Shown here one piece after another: positions 61,571-64,000 of a stretch of 64,000 nt of DNA (position 1 is its first letter; each line of letters starts with the position of its first letter). The notes beneath the pieces are model-generated. The model made no database searches, was not told the origin of the DNA, and saw nothing but the letters and a program-made list of their open reading frames with translations. The DNA is from Camelus dromedarius (lineage: Eukaryota). The stretch is taken from the NCBI RefSeq assembly GCF_036321535.1, contig NC_087438.1, positions 11,596,001 through 11,660,000 of the forward strand, given 5' to 3'. The position numbers were made by a program, and so were the translations under genes.

Positions 61571-63065
61571 GGACACAACAAAGACACACCGTCCCTGGAA
61601 TCTGTACATACTATGTCAACGTGATAAGAATCTCCTCCTCAAGATTGCAAGAAAATCATTCTTTGCAAATCTCTAGAAAGTGATCAGAATATGTGTTCAC
61701 TGTAAGACAATTCAAATGAATCTCTTTTAACTATTTTAGTTGAGTTTGGCTTTCTTAAATAACATCACTCCAGCTAACAGTTATTGTGCAAATTAAATAC
61801 TGCAACCTGGTGCAGTCAAGGAGAAATTGTTAATGAAAGAATAAAAGAGCCATCATTTTAACATAAAGCATGGATGGTTTTAAGTTGAGTGGTGGGTGGA
61901 AGGGGCACATAGGGCTCACTTGACATCTAAAGAAAGGAGAATAGAGAATTAAGATAAATCTTTTTCTCATCTGCACAGTGCTCACCAAATCCATGAAGTC
62001 CTGTGCCAATAATGTGCCTTATAAATATTGCTAATTAACAACTAAATCTTTTACAGGAAAACGTTGGCAGGTAGACTAATTTTTAACACATGAATTACTT
62101 TGTACTTTATTTCAAATTATAATGTTTTGCAGCTAGAATTAAACTTAAGTTCTTAATTGCAAAGCCTCCATTTGATATTCTTCAGATTGTTGTAACAGCT
62201 ACTTTTTAATGCCCTGCAGAGACATTTTATAAGTAAGAACCAAGCGCTTATTTAAAGAATGAAAAGTCTTAGCGTTTATATGCTGGTCTTATGTTTCCTC
62301 TGGACCTCTCTTTGGTCCTAAATATTTGGTTTCAAATATTTCCAAATGTCTCATGTAGTGGGACATGTAGAATTAAGATTCTAATTGCAGAGGTAAGATT
62401 TTAATAAGTACTGACATTAAATCAATTCACCCTATCAACTGCTCACTGTGATACAATTCAGTGTTTGTTCTAACTTTAAGATACAGTATCTTCAAAAGTC
62501 CTGCCTTGGTTAGCATCTACTTTTAGTAGGCTTAGACATTTTATAAGGAGTCAAATTAACAACTTGATTAAAGCACTAAAAATTGAGGGAATATTTTTGA
62601 AGGGTTGTAAATCTTTAATAACAATGTAAATATACCTACTTACATCATCTCAGCTCAGTCATAAAAAATAAAAAGCATCTCCCATGGTTCTTCCAAAGTC
62701 AATGGTGGAGATAATTAAAGTCAAAAATAATTAAATAATTAGATAATTAAAGTAGCCTGTCTAGAGTAACTAGTTAAACATTCAGGCTTCACCAGGTATG
62801 GCGGAAATCCCAGGGACGGCAGGAATTAATGGCTGTGTGCAATCGGGGGGCTGAGTAGTCAATTAACACGTGTCAAGGAGTCCCAGCTCATTCTAGATTG
62901 CATTCATTGTTGGGATTCAGGAACAGAACAGAGATGGTTGAAACTCTTCAATATCCTGCCTTTCTTTCGAAGCAGTGTGGAGCCGTGTAACTAAGTGGGC
63001 AACAAGAAGTGAGTGGCCAGATGTCTGCCCCACCAGGCCTGGCTGTAAAATCATCTGATGTGATC

Positions 63066-63131
63066 CTGTCCCTGTCTCTGTCTCTGTCTCTGTCTCTGTC
63101 TCTGTCTCTGTCTTTGTCTCTTTCTCTCTCT
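63066..63131. repeat. (TCTCTG)n hexanucleotide repeat
   Basis: Direct reading of the sequence. Confidence 0.92.
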
Positions 63132-63519
63132 TCCTTTTTCTCTGGCTCCTGGAGGCCCCATGTTGCAAATGGTTTACCTCCAAGACAGAAGGCACTTGAT
63201 CCATACTGGACTGGAACATGAGGGAGCTTCTCTTTGGGTTCAGTGAGTGACGTCACTGAGATGTTGGAGGTTGACCCCCACAGCCTAACCTCCTTCGACT
63301 GATACAAGGCTGGTCTGGGCAGGTCTGGTGAAGTGTCTGGGTCAACACAGTGGAAGTTTATTTGCACATCTAGCCAGACTTCTGTCATTGCTCTGCAGAG
63401 GAGAGGGACTGTTCTGATTGTGGCGAGCCATCTACTTTGCAGACTCCTTCTCCGACCCAGCGTCTAGACCCATGTCTCACGCAGCGTGGGAGAGGGGAGG
63501 GGAAAGGAAACGCTATGCA

Positions 63520-63915
63520 CCAAATACTCTCAGTTTGGCCCTCCACATCTCAATTCTGTCTTTTTCTGGCCTCTTCTTTATGAAACCGTCACATTAGCTC
63601 CCTTGCCCTCTGGCTTCGAGTTGGATGGGGCAATGGGAGGAGCCTGTAGGAGATCGGAGGGAGGGAGACGAGTGAAGCTGGGGTATCTGCTCTTCCTGCT
63701 CCCTCCCTACCTGACCATGAGCACGGCATTCTTCTAACCTCAGTTCATCCTCTTCCACAGCTACAAGCTCTGAGCAGACAGGGTCCAGGAACCTTCCACC
63801 TGCGCCTTCACACCCTGCCAGTCTACCAGCTCCTGTGGGTTCCCTCGATCCTGCTCACACCACCCACAAAATCTCTCAAGTGATCTGTCTGTTTCTTACC
63901 AGGGCTGATGCAGGC
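63520..63915. mobile_element. Ancient ERVL-type LTR (LTR33-like)
   Basis: ccttgccctctggctt...gttgg...caatgggagg...ggagatcggagggagggag...ggggtat...cctgctcacacc...tctgtttctt. Confidence 0.6.
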
Positions 63916-64000
63916 AATGTGTAATTTAAAAGGTTAAAACTATCTTTATTGAAATGACTGTAAGACACCAAGACACAAGTCGGCATTATCAGGGGGAGTG

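Noticed and set aside
380..63737. Most of the 60-146 aa ORFs in the six-frame track
   Set aside because: They are chance ORFs in intronic or repeat DNA, many start at non-ATG codons, and several merely translate microsatellites (CVCVCV, THTHTH, SLSLSL, RDRDRD).
1..64000. tRNA, rRNA, snRNA genes or a CpG-island promoter
   Set aside because: None recognised by eye. The ERV primer-binding site is deleted and the MARCHF11 promoter must lie outside the window.

Overview
Eukaryotic, mammalian genomic DNA: AT-rich, CpG-depleted and dense in repeats. It is probably a laurasiatherian, possibly a camelid, inferred from the L1 3' tail type and the apparent absence of Alu, B1, Bov, PRE and Can SINEs. 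The only host coding sequence I can support is the last two coding exons of MARCHF11 (MARCH11, RING-CH E3 ubiquitin ligase) on the minus strand, at 24928-24736 and 6843-6521. They have canonical, phase-compatible splice sites. I did not see the upstream RING-CH exons, so everything right of about 24.9 kb is probably one large intron. The most notable object is a decayed class I (gamma-like) endogenous retrovirus of about 5.5 kb at 30972-36474. It has a truncated 5' LTR fused directly to pol, a frameshifted pol, a full-length but disrupted env whose motifs resemble the EnvV-type group, a PPT and a complete 3' LTR, and it is nested in an old L1 antisense to the host gene. The rest is L1, L2, MIR, MaLR/ERV solo LTRs, DNA-transposon MITEs and microsatellites, several with readable target-site duplications. 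I found no convincing new biological system. Repeat family names come from recalled consensus motifs, not database searches, and most repeat boundaries are approximate.
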